Below the pieces are notes generated by a model, which ran no database searches, was not told the DNA's origin, and saw only the letters and a program-made list of their open reading frames with translations. A DNA stretch of 64,000 nucleotides from the NCBI GenBank assembly GCA_965116795.1, contig OZ220716.1, forward strand, positions 490,503-554,502. The letters run 5' to 3'. This stretch comes from Gammaproteobacteria bacterium (lineage in GTDB: Bacteria; Pseudomonadota; Gammaproteobacteria; JAJFKG01). Shown here piece by piece: positions 1 to 11,185 of this stretch. The translations under genes were made by a program, and so were the position numbers. Position 1 is the first letter of the stretch; each line of letters begins with the position of its first letter.

Positions 1-680
<680 letters not shown>

Positions 681-681
<1 letters not shown>

Positions 682-2384
682 TGAATCATTTAACATTTTC
701 AGGTAAATATTATATTGCTATTTTGCTATTCATCTTAATTAATGCATTACCCAATGCAATGGCTGCGACTGCTGAAATCTCCAGTACCGCTGTATCTCAA
801 GGAAAAATGATACAACTATTGCTAACTGCTGGCGGACAACAAGCCACAATAGCCGATCCTGATCTTAGCCCACTTGAACACGATTTTTATATTTACGGCG
901 TTGCCAGAGGCAGTCAAATTCAAATTCTCAATGGTGTGTCATCAGCAAAACGTCAATGGACAATTACTCTGTTGCCGAAAACCAGTGGGTTCTTATCCAT
1001 TCCAGCATTGACTATCGGTAATGAAAAAACAGATCCTATCCAAGTACAGGTTAACAAAGTTGATCGTAATCAAGAAAAACCTGCTGTCTTTATCGAAGCA
1101 AATTGGACGCCCAAACAACCCTATGTACAAAGTCAATTGTTATATACAGTTAAACTATTTTATGATATCGACTTAGTCAATGGTGAGATAACCAACCCAT
1201 CATCACCTAACATCATTGTTAATCGTTTTAAAGATGATAAATATTATCAAGCCATGCGCTATGGTAAGTTATACAATGTCATTGAGCGCCGTTATGCGTT
1301 ATTTGCCAAAGTCAGTGGTGACTTAACAATTCAACCACCCATTTTTATTGGAGAAACAGCTGACCATAACGCAGGCATACCCAGCTTCTTAACCAATACG
1401 CAACGTGTACAAGCTGCCGCTCCTGCTACTACGGTGCATGTTAGCCCACAACCGGGGCACTACCATGGACAATATTGGTTGCCAAGTACTAACATCACGT
1501 TAACTGATACGTGGTCAGAAAATCCACCAACGTTTCAAGTCGGTGAAGCAATTACGCGTACCATTACCATCCGTGCACACGGTTTATCTGCTGAACAATT
1601 ACCTAAATTACCGGTAATATCACCTACCGGTATTAAACTCTACCCTGATAAACCACAACTAGAAAATACTATATCCAGTGATCAGTTAATTGGAACAGTT
1701 CAACAAAAAATTGCTTATATTCCAAATAAAACTGGAAAAGTAACCTTGCCTGCAATCACGTTAACATGGTTTGATATTACTAGTCATAAAACCAAAGTTG
1801 CTAAACTGCCTATTCGCGTTATTACAGTCATTCCAAGTTCAACTACAACCATTAATGATACGACGACATCAACTGTGACAGTATCAGAAAATTTAAATAA
1901 TAAGGCACAATCTGAAACAGATCATTATCAATGGCAATGGGTAATTACTGCGATTGCATTTGCTCTGCTATGGTTAATAACTACTATAATTTGGTTATTA
2001 ACAGGCAGAAAATATCGAAAAACTAATCAACAAACTAATATTAAAAAACAAGTTAAATGTAATCGATTAATCAAACAATTAAAACAAACTTGTCAACAAT
2101 ACGATTATCGGCAAATTGTAAAAATACTAATAACATTAGCACAAACACAATATCAAGATAAATCAATTATAAATTTAAATAAACTGACTTGCTATTTGCA
2201 AAATGAACAAGCAAAAACTTTCATCTGTACGTTAATCCAACAATTGTATGCACCTGAACAACATAAAAAGGAAATAAGTACAATTTGGAAATCGGTCAAG
2301 CTCGTTATTGCTGATATAGAAGCCACTGCCAAATTAGCAAAGCAAGAGAATAAAACAAAAACTATGCTACCTGAATTGTACTAA
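681..2384 (+). CDS. batD: BatD family protein
   Basis: Signal peptide, PYVQSQLLYTVKLF, YNVIERRYALF, VGEAITRTITI motifs, C-terminal TM helix; follows the TPR gene. Confidence 0.8.
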
Positions 2385-2412
2385 AATTTGATAATTTTAA
2401 AGACGCTCTATA

Positions 2413-2596
2413 CTATAGCTTTTCAGAAAAATAAATTGGATTGTATCATTTCATCTTACGCTCACCTAGCCGCGTTGCTCATTCAAAAAATGCTCAAAAT
2501 AGCCCAACTATTCTTCTGCTTTTTTTCAATCGAAACCCGACTATCTAAACTCAATCTGAATGCTAAAATCTAATTTATTTTTCTGAAAAGCTATAG
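2413..2596. mobile_element. 184-bp MITE-like element with 30-bp terminal inverted repeats
   Basis: ctatagcttttcagaaaaataaattggatt ... aatctaatttatttttctgaaaagctatag (1 mismatch). Confidence 0.75.
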
Positions 2597-2628
2597 CAGA
2601 TAAAATAAAATCGATAATAAATCATAAC

Positions 2629-2657
2629 TTGTATTTAACCTATCATTCGGCTAGCAT
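2629..2657 (+). promoter_or_regulatory. Possible sigma70 promoter of the adenosine deaminase gene
   Basis: TTGTAT-17 bp-TAGCAT about 50 bp upstream of the ATG. Confidence 0.3.
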
Positions 2658-2705
2658 GAGTCACTTATTTTCCAGTATCTGTCAATAAAAAAACAGGGGT
2701 TCTTC

Positions 2706-4214
2706 ATGCGCGCTTGCATCGTTTTTTTAGTTACGTTGTTTATAACGACTTCAGTTAATGCTGTTACGCTGGCTTATGAAAAAACAGCACATCATTACAA
2801 ACGCATTCAACATGATCCGCAAGCATTACGTATGTTCATTGCAAACATGCCTAAAGGTGGCTTACTACATGAACATTTCTGGGGTAGTGAATTTGCTGAA
2901 AATCTAATTGACATGGCACAGAAACAAAAATTCTGTGTTAATAAAAATACTTATGCACTTTCTGTGATCAATGAGCGTTGTTCGGTTCATTGGTCATTAG
3001 CAAGTGCACGTAATCAACCCGAACTATATAATCGGATTATCAATGCTTGGTCAATGCGATATTTTATTCCAACTAATCAAGAGTCAGCGCATAGCCACTT
3101 TTTTAAGGCATTTGATAAGTTTCACCCAATTTACAATGCCAAGCGCAGCATGATTCTAGCAAATCAACTTAATCAATTAGCAAGCGAGAAAGTTGCTTAT
3201 GTTGAATTCATTGTACTAAATAAAATGGCAGCCATTTTGCAGATGGCCAGCAGTTTAACTAATACAACCGATCCAATCAGTATGCAAAAAGCCCTAGTGA
3301 AAGCCGGGTTAGCAGATATTGTTAAACAAATCCAAACTGAGCTGCGTGAAGATAAAAAATACATGCGGCAACAACTACATTGCGGTACATCTAATGCGAT
3401 GCCAGGGTGTAAAGTAGAACTGCGTTATCAATATGCGGCATTTCGTGATGGTACACCTGCACAAGTGTTTAGTATGCTGCTAGCTGGCTTCATGTTAGCC
3501 CAACAAGATCCACATGTGGTTGCAATTAATTTAGTTGGTCCTGAAAATGGTTATCCATCCATGCATGATTACACGCAACATATGCAATGGGTACACTTAT
3601 TACATCAACAATATCCCAGTGTTAATATCAGTCTGCATGCTGGTGAACTAACACAGCAGCTAGTACCACCACAAGGATTACGTGATCATATTGCACAAGC
3701 CATCCAAATTGCTGGTGCAAAACGGATTGGGCATGGTGTTGATATTGCCCATGAAAAGAATAGTCTTGATGTACTAAAAAACATGCGTGATAAACATATT
3801 CTTGTTGAAATCAACTTAACCAGCAATAACATATTATTAGGCGTTAATGGAAAACACTCTCCATTGCCGCTATATCTACATCATCGAGTACCCGTTGCAC
3901 TATCACGCGATGATGCAGGGATTTTACGCACTGATATTAACAACGAATTTGTCACTGCAGCGTATACTTATAATCTGTCTTATACTACGTTAAAACAATT
4001 AGTAAACAATAGTATTACGTATAGCTTCTTACCAGGCAAAAGCTTATGGGAAAATCCAGCCAAATTGATACCCGTTAGCGCTTGTGCACATGATCGGTTA
4101 GGTGCACAACATCCTTCACCAAGTTGTAAACAATTTCTTCAACACCATTTAAAAGCAAAGTTACAGTGGCAAGTGTTAACAGAATTTAATCGATTTGAAC
4201 AGCAATATGCGTAG
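2706..4214 (+). CDS. Secreted adenosine deaminase (ADGF/ADA2-like)
   Basis: Signal peptide (VNA cleavage), MPKGGLLHEH, SLHAGEL, RIGHG, EINLTSN, SRDDAG motifs. Confidence 0.85.
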   Translation: MRACIVFLVTLFITTSVNAVTLAYEKTAHHYKRIQHDPQALRMFIANMPKGGLLHEHFWGSEFAENLIDMAQKQKFCVNKNTYALSVINERCSVHWSLASARNQPELYNRIINAWSMRYFIPTNQESAHSHFFKAFDKFHPIYNAKRSMILANQLNQLASEKVAYVEFIVLNKMAAILQMASSLTNTTDPISMQKALVKAGLADIVKQIQTELREDKKYMRQQLHCGTSNAMPGCKVELRYQYAAFRDGTPAQVFSMLLAGFMLAQQDPHVVAINLVGPENGYPSMHDYTQHMQWVHLLHQQYPSVNISLHAGELTQQLVPPQGLRDHIAQAIQIAGAKRIGHGVDIAHEKNSLDVLKNMRDKHILVEINLTSNNILLGVNGKHSPLPLYLHHRVPVALSRDDAGILRTDINNEFVTAAYTYNLSYTTLKQLVNNSITYSFLPGKSLWENPAKLIPVSACAHDRLGAQHPSPSCKQFLQHHLKAKLQWQVLTEFNRFEQQYA

Positions 4215-4225
4215 AAATTAATATT

Positions 4226-4585
4226 GTGAGTAATACACTATTTATAGAAAATCTGGTCATTCATACAATTATTGGTGTACACGATTGGGAACAGCAAATT
4301 AAACAGCCCATCGAATTAGATATCAAGCTGCAATTAAACGATAATAAAGCAGCTGTTACAGATAATTTAGTTGATACATTGGATTACGATAAGATGTGTT
4401 TTCAATTAGTCAATTTAGTCAGTGAATTACGCTGTAAGCTTATTGAAACACTGGCTGATCACATCATGAAACACTTACTATCATATAAATTAATCTCATC
4501 TGCCAAATTAACATTACGCAAACCAAGTGCAGTCAAACAAGCACGTTGTGTTGGTATTACTATCGAGAGTGGAGAACAGCAATAA
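4226..4585 (+). CDS. folB: Dihydroneopterin aldolase
   Basis: IIGVHDWEQ, DTLDY, LIETLA, LRKP motifs. Confidence 0.92.
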   Translation: MSNTLFIENLVIHTIIGVHDWEQQIKQPIELDIKLQLNDNKAAVTDNLVDTLDYDKMCFQLVNLVSELRCKLIETLADHIMKHLLSYKLISSAKLTLRKPSAVKQARCVGITIESGEQQ

Positions 4586-5064
4586 TGCCACGCATCTATA
4601 TTGGAGTTGGCAGTAATATTAAACCAAAACACCATATTCACACCGCGTTTAATTTTTTTAAATCCACATTTAACAAGCCGATATTTTCTTCTGTTTACTG
4701 TTCACATGCTATTGGATTTGATGGTGCAGATTTTTACAATGCCGTTGTTGGAATTGACAGTGACATAGATATTAAACAACTATTAACACAATTAGCACAG
4801 CAAGAAAGGGCACAAGGTGTTGTTACAAAATTATCTTTTTGTAACCGTACCATTGATCTGGATCTACTATTGTATGGTGATGCCGTCTACAATGATAATC
4901 AAATTGAATTGCCACACAGCGACACTATTAAATATCCATTTGTATTGGGACCACTTGCTGAGATCGCAGGTGATGAATATCACCCAATACTCGGTTTAAC
5001 TTATGGAACTCTATGGCAACATCATCGATATAAACATCATATACTCGGCGTAATTGAATTGTAG
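4585..5064 (+). CDS. folK: 2-amino-4-hydroxy-6-hydroxymethyldihydropteridine diphosphokinase
   Basis: IYIGVGSNI, DFYNAV, RTIDLDLLLYG, LPH, FVLGPLAEI; ATG at 4585 overlaps the folB stop. Confidence 0.92.
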   Translation: MPRIYIGVGSNIKPKHHIHTAFNFFKSTFNKPIFSSVYCSHAIGFDGADFYNAVVGIDSDIDIKQLLTQLAQQERAQGVVTKLSFCNRTIDLDLLLYGDAVYNDNQIELPHSDTIKYPFVLGPLAEIAGDEYHPILGLTYGTLWQHHRYKHHILGVIEL

Positions 5065-5166
5065 GCTTTGTTGGCTGCACGGTTTTGCCACAGTCATGTA
5101 TGTCAATATACACTCCTGTGACAAAATCACTTGCCGCCTCGCCTACAATCCAATTGCTTGAGTCTA
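5040..5166. repeat. ERIC-like element (127 bp) overlapping the folK 3' end; a partial copy follows to 5237
   Basis: tatactc...gttggctgc...cagtcatgta...cactcctg...cttgccgcctcgcc...gagtcta, followed by gccaacaaagacctgaaatttaaaacacgaagagtata. Confidence 0.85.
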
Positions 5167-5267
5167 TACTTCGTTGTAACTAAAATGAATTGTCACAAAG
5201 CCAACAAAGACCTGAAATTTAAAACACGAAGAGTATATTAATAAATAATTAACACCGGAGGTATGAA

Positions 5268-6734
5268 ATGCGATCTAACTTTGTCAACTATAGTATCGCC
5301 ATCGCAGTTACAGCCATTGTGTCCATTGTATGCTTTTGGCTAATACTACCTAAGCAAACCATGCCAGTTAATTTAATGCTGCCCATATCATTGCCTCAGA
5401 CAATTCATAGTTTTTTACCACAGCATGCTGACTTAGATAAACCATTATTATCAATTGCACGGCAAGATAAATACAAAAAAGATTTTTTAACTCGTTTTTA
5501 CAGTCCTTGGAACAAAAAAGATAGCAATACTACTGTATCAGCTACCGCAGATCATCAACATACATCTACCATTCTTGAAATAGAACAGCATTTAGCACAA
5601 CATTATCAAAATAAAACAACTTACGATAGTCATTACCAACCACATTCTTCACAATGGCTAGACAATATTGCGAAAAATATGGAGTTAGATACATTTCCCA
5701 ATGTAACGCAACATAGCCGCGGTATTATGATAAACAACGCTGCATTGCGTGAATTACCGACTAGTGAATCTAGTTATAATAACATCTTACAACCCGGGGA
5801 AGGTTATCCGTTTGATGATCTGCAAGAATCTGCCGTGTATTTAGGATCACCTATACACATTATTCATCAAACCAAAGATAAAAAATGGTTATTGATTAAG
5901 GCAGCAGGCTTATTGGGATGGGTTGAACACAATAATGTTAGTTATGTTGATCAAACCTTTATTGATAATTGGAAACGTAAACCGCTCGCTACACTAACGA
6001 CTTATCAGCCTATTACTAATACCACTCAACATCAATCTATGGCGATATACCCAGGGACTATATTACCAATGATTATAGAGCCCACAACTAATCAAATTAT
6101 TACTGTACTGTATCCAAAAAAAGCAACATCGCACCAAACTAGTATTGTCAGTAGAGCCGCTTCATCTGATTGGCAACCCTGGCCAATTTCACCTACTTTA
6201 CGTCACTTTGTGAATTTAGTTGAGACATTGCTAGGAATACCGTACGGATGGGGTGATTTGCATTTTCATCCGGACTGTTCTGGTTTGTTACGTAGCCTGT
6301 ACAATACTGTCGGGATCTGGTTACCACGTAATTCCAGTATTCAAGCACATTATGCTGGGAAGCTTTATTCATTACCGTTAACTGAATACCCAACAATCAC
6401 ACGTGAAACCATTCTTAACGGTAAAAATAACCAAATTGGACGCCTAACTCCATTCTTAACCTTCATCAGTTTTGGTAAAAAACAAAATCATATCAGCCAT
6501 ATCGCAATATACGTTGGACGCGATAACACTAATCATCCGATTATTTTCCATTCAATTTGGGGATTGGGTCTGCTGAATAAACAGCAAAAACAAATTGGGC
6601 GTATGATAGTGGGTCAATCAATCTTATCACGATTAGATTTAGGAGTTGATGTAGTCATACCACAACACCCACAATGGCATATTGATAACTTATTAGAAAA
6701 ACCAGAATTCAATATTACTAAACTGAATGGCTAG
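5268..6734 (+). CDS. NlpC/P60 family cell-wall peptidase with SH3-like domains
   Basis: GEGYPFDDLQES, PYGWG..DCSG catalytic Cys, LPRNS, HIAIYVG; N-terminal TM/signal. Confidence 0.85.
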   Translation: MRSNFVNYSIAIAVTAIVSIVCFWLILPKQTMPVNLMLPISLPQTIHSFLPQHADLDKPLLSIARQDKYKKDFLTRFYSPWNKKDSNTTVSATADHQHTSTILEIEQHLAQHYQNKTTYDSHYQPHSSQWLDNIAKNMELDTFPNVTQHSRGIMINNAALRELPTSESSYNNILQPGEGYPFDDLQESAVYLGSPIHIIHQTKDKKWLLIKAAGLLGWVEHNNVSYVDQTFIDNWKRKPLATLTTYQPITNTTQHQSMAIYPGTILPMIIEPTTNQIITVLYPKKATSHQTSIVSRAASSDWQPWPISPTLRHFVNLVETLLGIPYGWGDLHFHPDCSGLLRSLYNTVGIWLPRNSSIQAHYAGKLYSLPLTEYPTITRETILNGKNNQIGRLTPFLTFISFGKKQNHISHIAIYVGRDNTNHPIIFHSIWGLGLLNKQQKQIGRMIVGQSILSRLDLGVDVVIPQHPQWHIDNLLEKPEFNITKLNG

Positions 6735-6761
6735 TTTTAGTCGTAACTTAAGACTCAGCGA

Positions 6762-6794
6762 CCGTCATCCCGCGGCTTGACCGCGGGATGACGG
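6762..6794. repeat. REP-type palindrome between convergent genes (possible terminator)
   Basis: ccgtcatcccgcgg-cttga-ccgcgggatgacgg; perfect 14-bp stem. Confidence 0.85.
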
Positions 6795-6814
6795 CCGGAG
6801 GGAAGAGGAGTATA

Positions 6815-9112
6815 TTATTTACCTGCACGTATTAACCCACCTAAGCCTGCTGCCTCTAAGTGTTGCTCGAGAAAACGTCGAATAATATGTGGCTCTTCCA
6901 TACAAATGGCTTCGCGTAAATAATCACGTGCCGTTCGTAAGCTAAAGTTACGGATCACCCAACGAATACGCAATAAGCTACTCGAGTTCATACTGAATGC
7001 ATCATAACCCATACCTAATAGCAAAACAGCAGACACTGGATCACCTGCCATTTCACCACAAATACTAACCTGCTTACCTTCGGCATGTACCTCATCAACA
7101 ATATGCATTAACGCAATTAACACCGATGGATGCAAGGTATCATACAAGCGTGCTACTCGCATGTTATTGCGATCAACTGCTAATAAATATTGCGCCAAGT
7201 CATTACTACCCACAGAAATAAAATCAACTCGACGAATTAATAAACGTGTTTGATAAACAGCAGCTGGGACTTCAATCATAGCACCAACCAATGGCATATC
7301 AATCATATGTCCTTCTTCATTGACTTCACGATATGTCTGACGTAGTAAACGTAGTGCTTCATCTAATTCAGCAATGTGACTCACCATTGGAAAAATAATG
7401 CGTAAATTATTCAATCCTTCACTTGCTTTTAACATGGCACGCAGTTGTACTCGAAATACTTCTGGGTGATCTAATGTGACACGAATGCCACGCCAACCTA
7501 ATGCAGGATTATCTTCATTAATTGGAAAATACGGTAATGATTTATCACCTCCTACATCTAACGTGCGCATGATCACTGGACGTGGTGCAAACGCAGCAAG
7601 TACCTGTCGATAAATCGCTGACTGTTCTGCTTCTGTGGGAAAATTTTCACGGACTAAAAATGGGATCTCAGTACGATATAATCCAACACCTTCAGCCCCT
7701 GCTGTTAGTGATAAACCAGCATCAGCGGCAATTCCAATATTGACACATAATGCCACACAATGCCCATCAGGTGTTTCAGCAGGTAGATCACGCAATGTTT
7801 GTAAATCGGCATTTAGTTCTTGTTCCTCTTTTAATAAATTTTGATATTGTTGTAACAATGCCATTGATGGAGCGACATAAGCAATGCCATAGTAGCCATC
7901 AATAATGACTTGTTGTCGTGCAAGCTGAGCAACGTTAACACCACTGATCCCCATCACAACAGGCACTCCAATCGCGCGCGCTAAAATAGCTACATGCGAA
8001 TTATCCGCACCTTTTAATGAAATAATACCTTTTAGCAATCCTTCCGGCACTTCAGCTAATGCAGCAGCTGTAACTTCTTCGCCGATTAGAATAGTTTGTT
8101 TTGGATAATCAATCTTAGTATGTTGTTGTTTCTGCAAATGTCCTAATATACGTTGAGCAAGATCTTGAATGTCAGTTGCACGCCCACGCAAATACTCATC
8201 ATCCATGCTATCAAATCGTTGTAAATGTTGTTTGACTACTTGACGTAATGCACCTTGTGCCCACTGACCAGAGCGAATAACCGCAACAACATCTTTACTG
8301 AAACTAACACTGGTTAATATACCAATATATACATCAAAAATAGCTAACTCTTCTGCAGCAATGCTGCTACTGAGTCGTTGCTTTAATTGATTGATTTCAG
8401 ATTGTGTTGCAAGTAATGCTGTATTGAATAAGTCAATTTCTCTATTGATGTGATCAGCTGTAATTGCTTTATCCGGTACTACATTCAAATCAGCAGGTGG
8501 ATACACTAGCACACTGGTACCAATAGCAACACCAGGGATTCGAGTGACCCCTTTTAATGGGCGATCACGCTTTTTACGCTGTTGATGGCGACGTTGACGA
8601 GAAACGTCTTTCGCTAATTCTACCAGTGCATCTTGACTGTTAATCTGCGAAATAGGCTCAGCAAATTGTGCTGCCAACGTCACTAGAAATGCTTCTTCTG
8701 TTTGATCATAACGACGTTTTTCTTCTTGTTGTACTACCAATACGCCAATTACATTTCCATTATATGTAATAGGTACCGCCAAATAAGCACAATAATGTTG
8801 TTCGTCAATGCCATCAACATGAATAAAACTAGGGTGTATGTTGGCATCCTCTATATTAAGCGGCTCACCACGCTTAGCAACTGCACCAATTAATCCTGTA
8901 CCATAATCAATACAGACAGTTGCATCATCTGCAATTACTAACCCACTGCTGACCATTAACAAAAAGCCACCACGTTCATCATCTTTTAAATATAACGTGC
9001 ACGCTTGTGTTTCTAATGTTTCTCGGATCCGTTGCACGATCACTGTCAATGCTGCACCTAATGTATCAGCAGCATTGAATTCATTTAAAATGCGACGTTG
9101 GATCTTTAACAT
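6815..9112 (-). CDS. ptsP: PEP-protein phosphotransferase EI(Ntr)
   Basis: N-terminal GAF domain, SHVAILAR phospho-His, GVGLYRTE, RTLDVGGDK, SVGSNDL, ICGEMAGD; downstream of rppH. Confidence 0.95.
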   Translation of the reverse strand: MLKIQRRILNEFNAADTLGAALTVIVQRIRETLETQACTLYLKDDERGGFLLMVSSGLVIADDATVCIDYGTGLIGAVAKRGEPLNIEDANIHPSFIHVDGIDEQHYCAYLAVPITYNGNVIGVLVVQQEEKRRYDQTEEAFLVTLAAQFAEPISQINSQDALVELAKDVSRQRRHQQRKKRDRPLKGVTRIPGVAIGTSVLVYPPADLNVVPDKAITADHINREIDLFNTALLATQSEINQLKQRLSSSIAAEELAIFDVYIGILTSVSFSKDVVAVIRSGQWAQGALRQVVKQHLQRFDSMDDEYLRGRATDIQDLAQRILGHLQKQQHTKIDYPKQTILIGEEVTAAALAEVPEGLLKGIISLKGADNSHVAILARAIGVPVVMGISGVNVAQLARQQVIIDGYYGIAYVAPSMALLQQYQNLLKEEQELNADLQTLRDLPAETPDGHCVALCVNIGIAADAGLSLTAGAEGVGLYRTEIPFLVRENFPTEAEQSAIYRQVLAAFAPRPVIMRTLDVGGDKSLPYFPINEDNPALGWRGIRVTLDHPEVFRVQLRAMLKASEGLNNLRIIFPMVSHIAELDEALRLLRQTYREVNEEGHMIDMPLVGAMIEVPAAVYQTRLLIRRVDFISVGSNDLAQYLLAVDRNNMRVARLYDTLHPSVLIALMHIVDEVHAEGKQVSICGEMAGDPVSAVLLLGMGYDAFSMNSSSLLRIRWVIRNFSLRTARDYLREAICMEEPHIIRRFLEQHLEAAGLGGLIRAGK

Positions 9113-9173
9113 ATAAAAACCTTTAAAAACTTTTTATGCTTATTTAAAGCATCAAACTATTAGTATCACTAAC

Positions 9174-9300
9174 TATACTCAAAGCGTTTTAAATTTATGC
9201 TTTGTTGGCTGCGCCTTCTCACAAAAGTCATGTATTTCAATACACTCCTTTTGATTCGAAGACTTGCCGCCTCGCCTAAATTCAAAACGCTTTGAGTATA
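9174..9300. repeat. ERIC-like element, full length 127 bp
   Basis: tatactcaaagcgtttt...gttggctgcg...agtcatgtatttcaatacactcc...cttgccgcctcgcc...aaaacgctttgagtata; 5 bp after the rppH stop. Confidence 0.9.
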
Positions 9301-9305
9301 TTCAA

Positions 9306-9794
9306 TCATAAAGTATTACGCGATGCAGCAAAATCACATAACACTTTCTGATACACTTGTCGTTTAAAGAAAATAACATGTTGTACTGGGTGCCAATAAT
9401 CTACCCAGCACCAACTATCAAATTCTGGCTCATCACTATGGTTAAGGTTAATAGCACTATCTTGATTGGTGAGATATAACAAAAACCATTTTTGTTTTTG
9501 TCCGATGCACACTGGCGTGACATGCTGACGGATAAATTGCTGGGGCAAACGATAATGATACCAATCTGTTGCCTCAGCTACTAACCTAACATCATTAGCT
9601 TGCAAACCAACTTCTTCAGCTAACTCACGGTACATCGCGTCTACAGGTTGTTCACCTGCTTGCAATCCTCCTTGCGGAAATTGCCATGCCGTCTTACCAA
9701 CGCGTCGTCCCCAAAATACCTTACCTGCAGCATTGAGCAACACAATACCCACATTGGCACGAAACCCTTGCGAATCGATCAATGCTGCCTCCAT
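9306..9794 (-). CDS. rppH: RNA pyrophosphohydrolase
   Basis: GFRANVGI, WQFPQGG, Nudix box RELAEEVGL, IGQKQKWF. Confidence 0.95.
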   Translation of the reverse strand: MEAALIDSQGFRANVGIVLLNAAGKVFWGRRVGKTAWQFPQGGLQAGEQPVDAMYRELAEEVGLQANDVRLVAEATDWYHYRLPQQFIRQHVTPVCIGQKQKWFLLYLTNQDSAINLNHSDEPEFDSWCWVDYWHPVQHVIFFKRQVYQKVLCDFAASRNTL

Positions 9795-9953
9795 TATTCT
9801 TTAGAAAAACAGCTATCATTCTTTCAAAAAATGAGGAACTGGGCAAGGTTAATTCCTTATTCAGTAATACTAAATTCAACTAGGGATTTATAATCACATC
9901 CGGTATAATTCTACAGCTAGTAGGTTTATCGGCATCAAAACAGAGTAGGTTTG

Positions 9954-10028
9954 TAATTACTCAGCCAGTTTTCACGTTACTGAAAGACGTCAGCCTTGGC
10001 GCTTTCCTTAACAAGCCTGAGTAGTTAA
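9954..10028. repeat. Short inverted-repeat-bounded remnant (possible MITE relic)
   Basis: taattactcag ... ctgagtagtta imperfect terminal inverted repeat. Confidence 0.4.
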
Positions 10029-10056
10029 CTAGGTTTAATCAATTGGAGGATCACCT

Positions 10057-10377
10057 ATGTTACACACAGCATATACAATTACTGTGCATTTCACTGCAAA
10101 GTCAGGTCAAGAAGACACATTAGCGGCCGCGTTAATGGCATTGGTTGCACCCACACGTGCTGAACCCGGTTGTTTACTGTATACCCTACATCGCAGTGAT
10201 AATAATCCTGCTGATTTTTTGTTTTATGAAGCATGGGTTGATCAGGCAGCGCACGAAGCCCATCGAAAAACCACACACATGCAACAATGGCGTAAGCAGC
10301 GTGATAAATTAGTTGCAAAAGCAACATCGCAATCCTGGCAAGCAGTTAAAAATTGTAATGTAGCCGCTACGGTATAG
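10057..10377 (+). CDS. Antibiotic biosynthesis monooxygenase (ABM) family protein
   Basis: TRAEPGCLLYTLH, FLFYEAW, HRKTTHM; GGAGG RBS. Confidence 0.85.
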   Translation: MLHTAYTITVHFTAKSGQEDTLAAALMALVAPTRAEPGCLLYTLHRSDNNPADFLFYEAWVDQAAHEAHRKTTHMQQWRKQRDKLVAKATSQSWQAVKNCNVAATV

Positions 10378-10402
10378 CATACAATAAATTTTGGGAGTGG
10401 TG

Positions 10403-11146
10403 ATGACAATTCAAGTGATTATTAACGGTGCTAATGGACGTATGGGTAAACAGGCTACAGCGTATTTACCCACCCAATCTGATATTCATGTGATAGCCAC
10501 CGCGGGTAAAAGCGATAACTTATCTCAGCTTATTAAACAACACCAAGCTGATGTGGTCGTTGACCTGACAACTGCTGAAGTCGCATTTGATAATGCTGCC
10601 ACTATTATTGAATCAGGGGCACGCCCAGTGATTGGTACCACTGGGTTTAGTGATGATCAAATTGCAACACTGCAAAGCCGTTGCCAACAACAAAAACGTG
10701 GTGGTGTGATTGCACCTAATTTCTCAATCAGTGCAATTTTGATGATGCAATTTGCTGCAAAAGCCGTAGCCTATTTGCCTGCTGTTGAAATCGTTGAATC
10801 GCATCACGATCAAAAAAAAGATGCACCATCTGGTACCGCAGTCAAAACGGCCAAAATGATTAGCGATGCTAGAGAAGCAGCACAATTAACTGCACCAGCC
10901 GATCCAACTGTTATTGAACAATATCCTGGTTGTCGCGGCGGTGACTGTTATTCAATTCCAACACATAGCGTGCGCTTGCCGGGCTTTTTGGCTACTCAAG
11001 AAGTTATTTTTGGCAATATAGGTGAAACCTTATCGATTCGTCATAATAGCATCAGTCGCGACGCATTTATGCCAGGCATTGCTTTGGCCTGTCGCCGTGT
11101 GATGACATTATCAGAATTGGTATATGGGTTAGAAAAATTATTATAA
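10403..11146 (+). CDS. dapB: 4-hydroxy-tetrahydrodipicolinate reductase
   Basis: GANGRMG, VIGTTG, APNFS, ESHHDQKKDAPSGTA. Confidence 0.95.
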   Translation: MTIQVIINGANGRMGKQATAYLPTQSDIHVIATAGKSDNLSQLIKQHQADVVVDLTTAEVAFDNAATIIESGARPVIGTTGFSDDQIATLQSRCQQQKRGGVIAPNFSISAILMMQFAAKAVAYLPAVEIVESHHDQKKDAPSGTAVKTAKMISDAREAAQLTAPADPTVIEQYPGCRGGDCYSIPTHSVRLPGFLATQEVIFGNIGETLSIRHNSISRDAFMPGIALACRRVMTLSELVYGLEKLL

Positions 11147-11185
11147 TGCTACTCTAATTGTGGTGATATTATTTAGCAACAAAGT

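Noticed and set aside
2388-2573. 61-aa ORF; similarly 4928..5113, 35371..35706, 42207..42452, 50437..50625
   Set aside because: They derive from repeat elements or overlap real genes and have no recognisable protein features.
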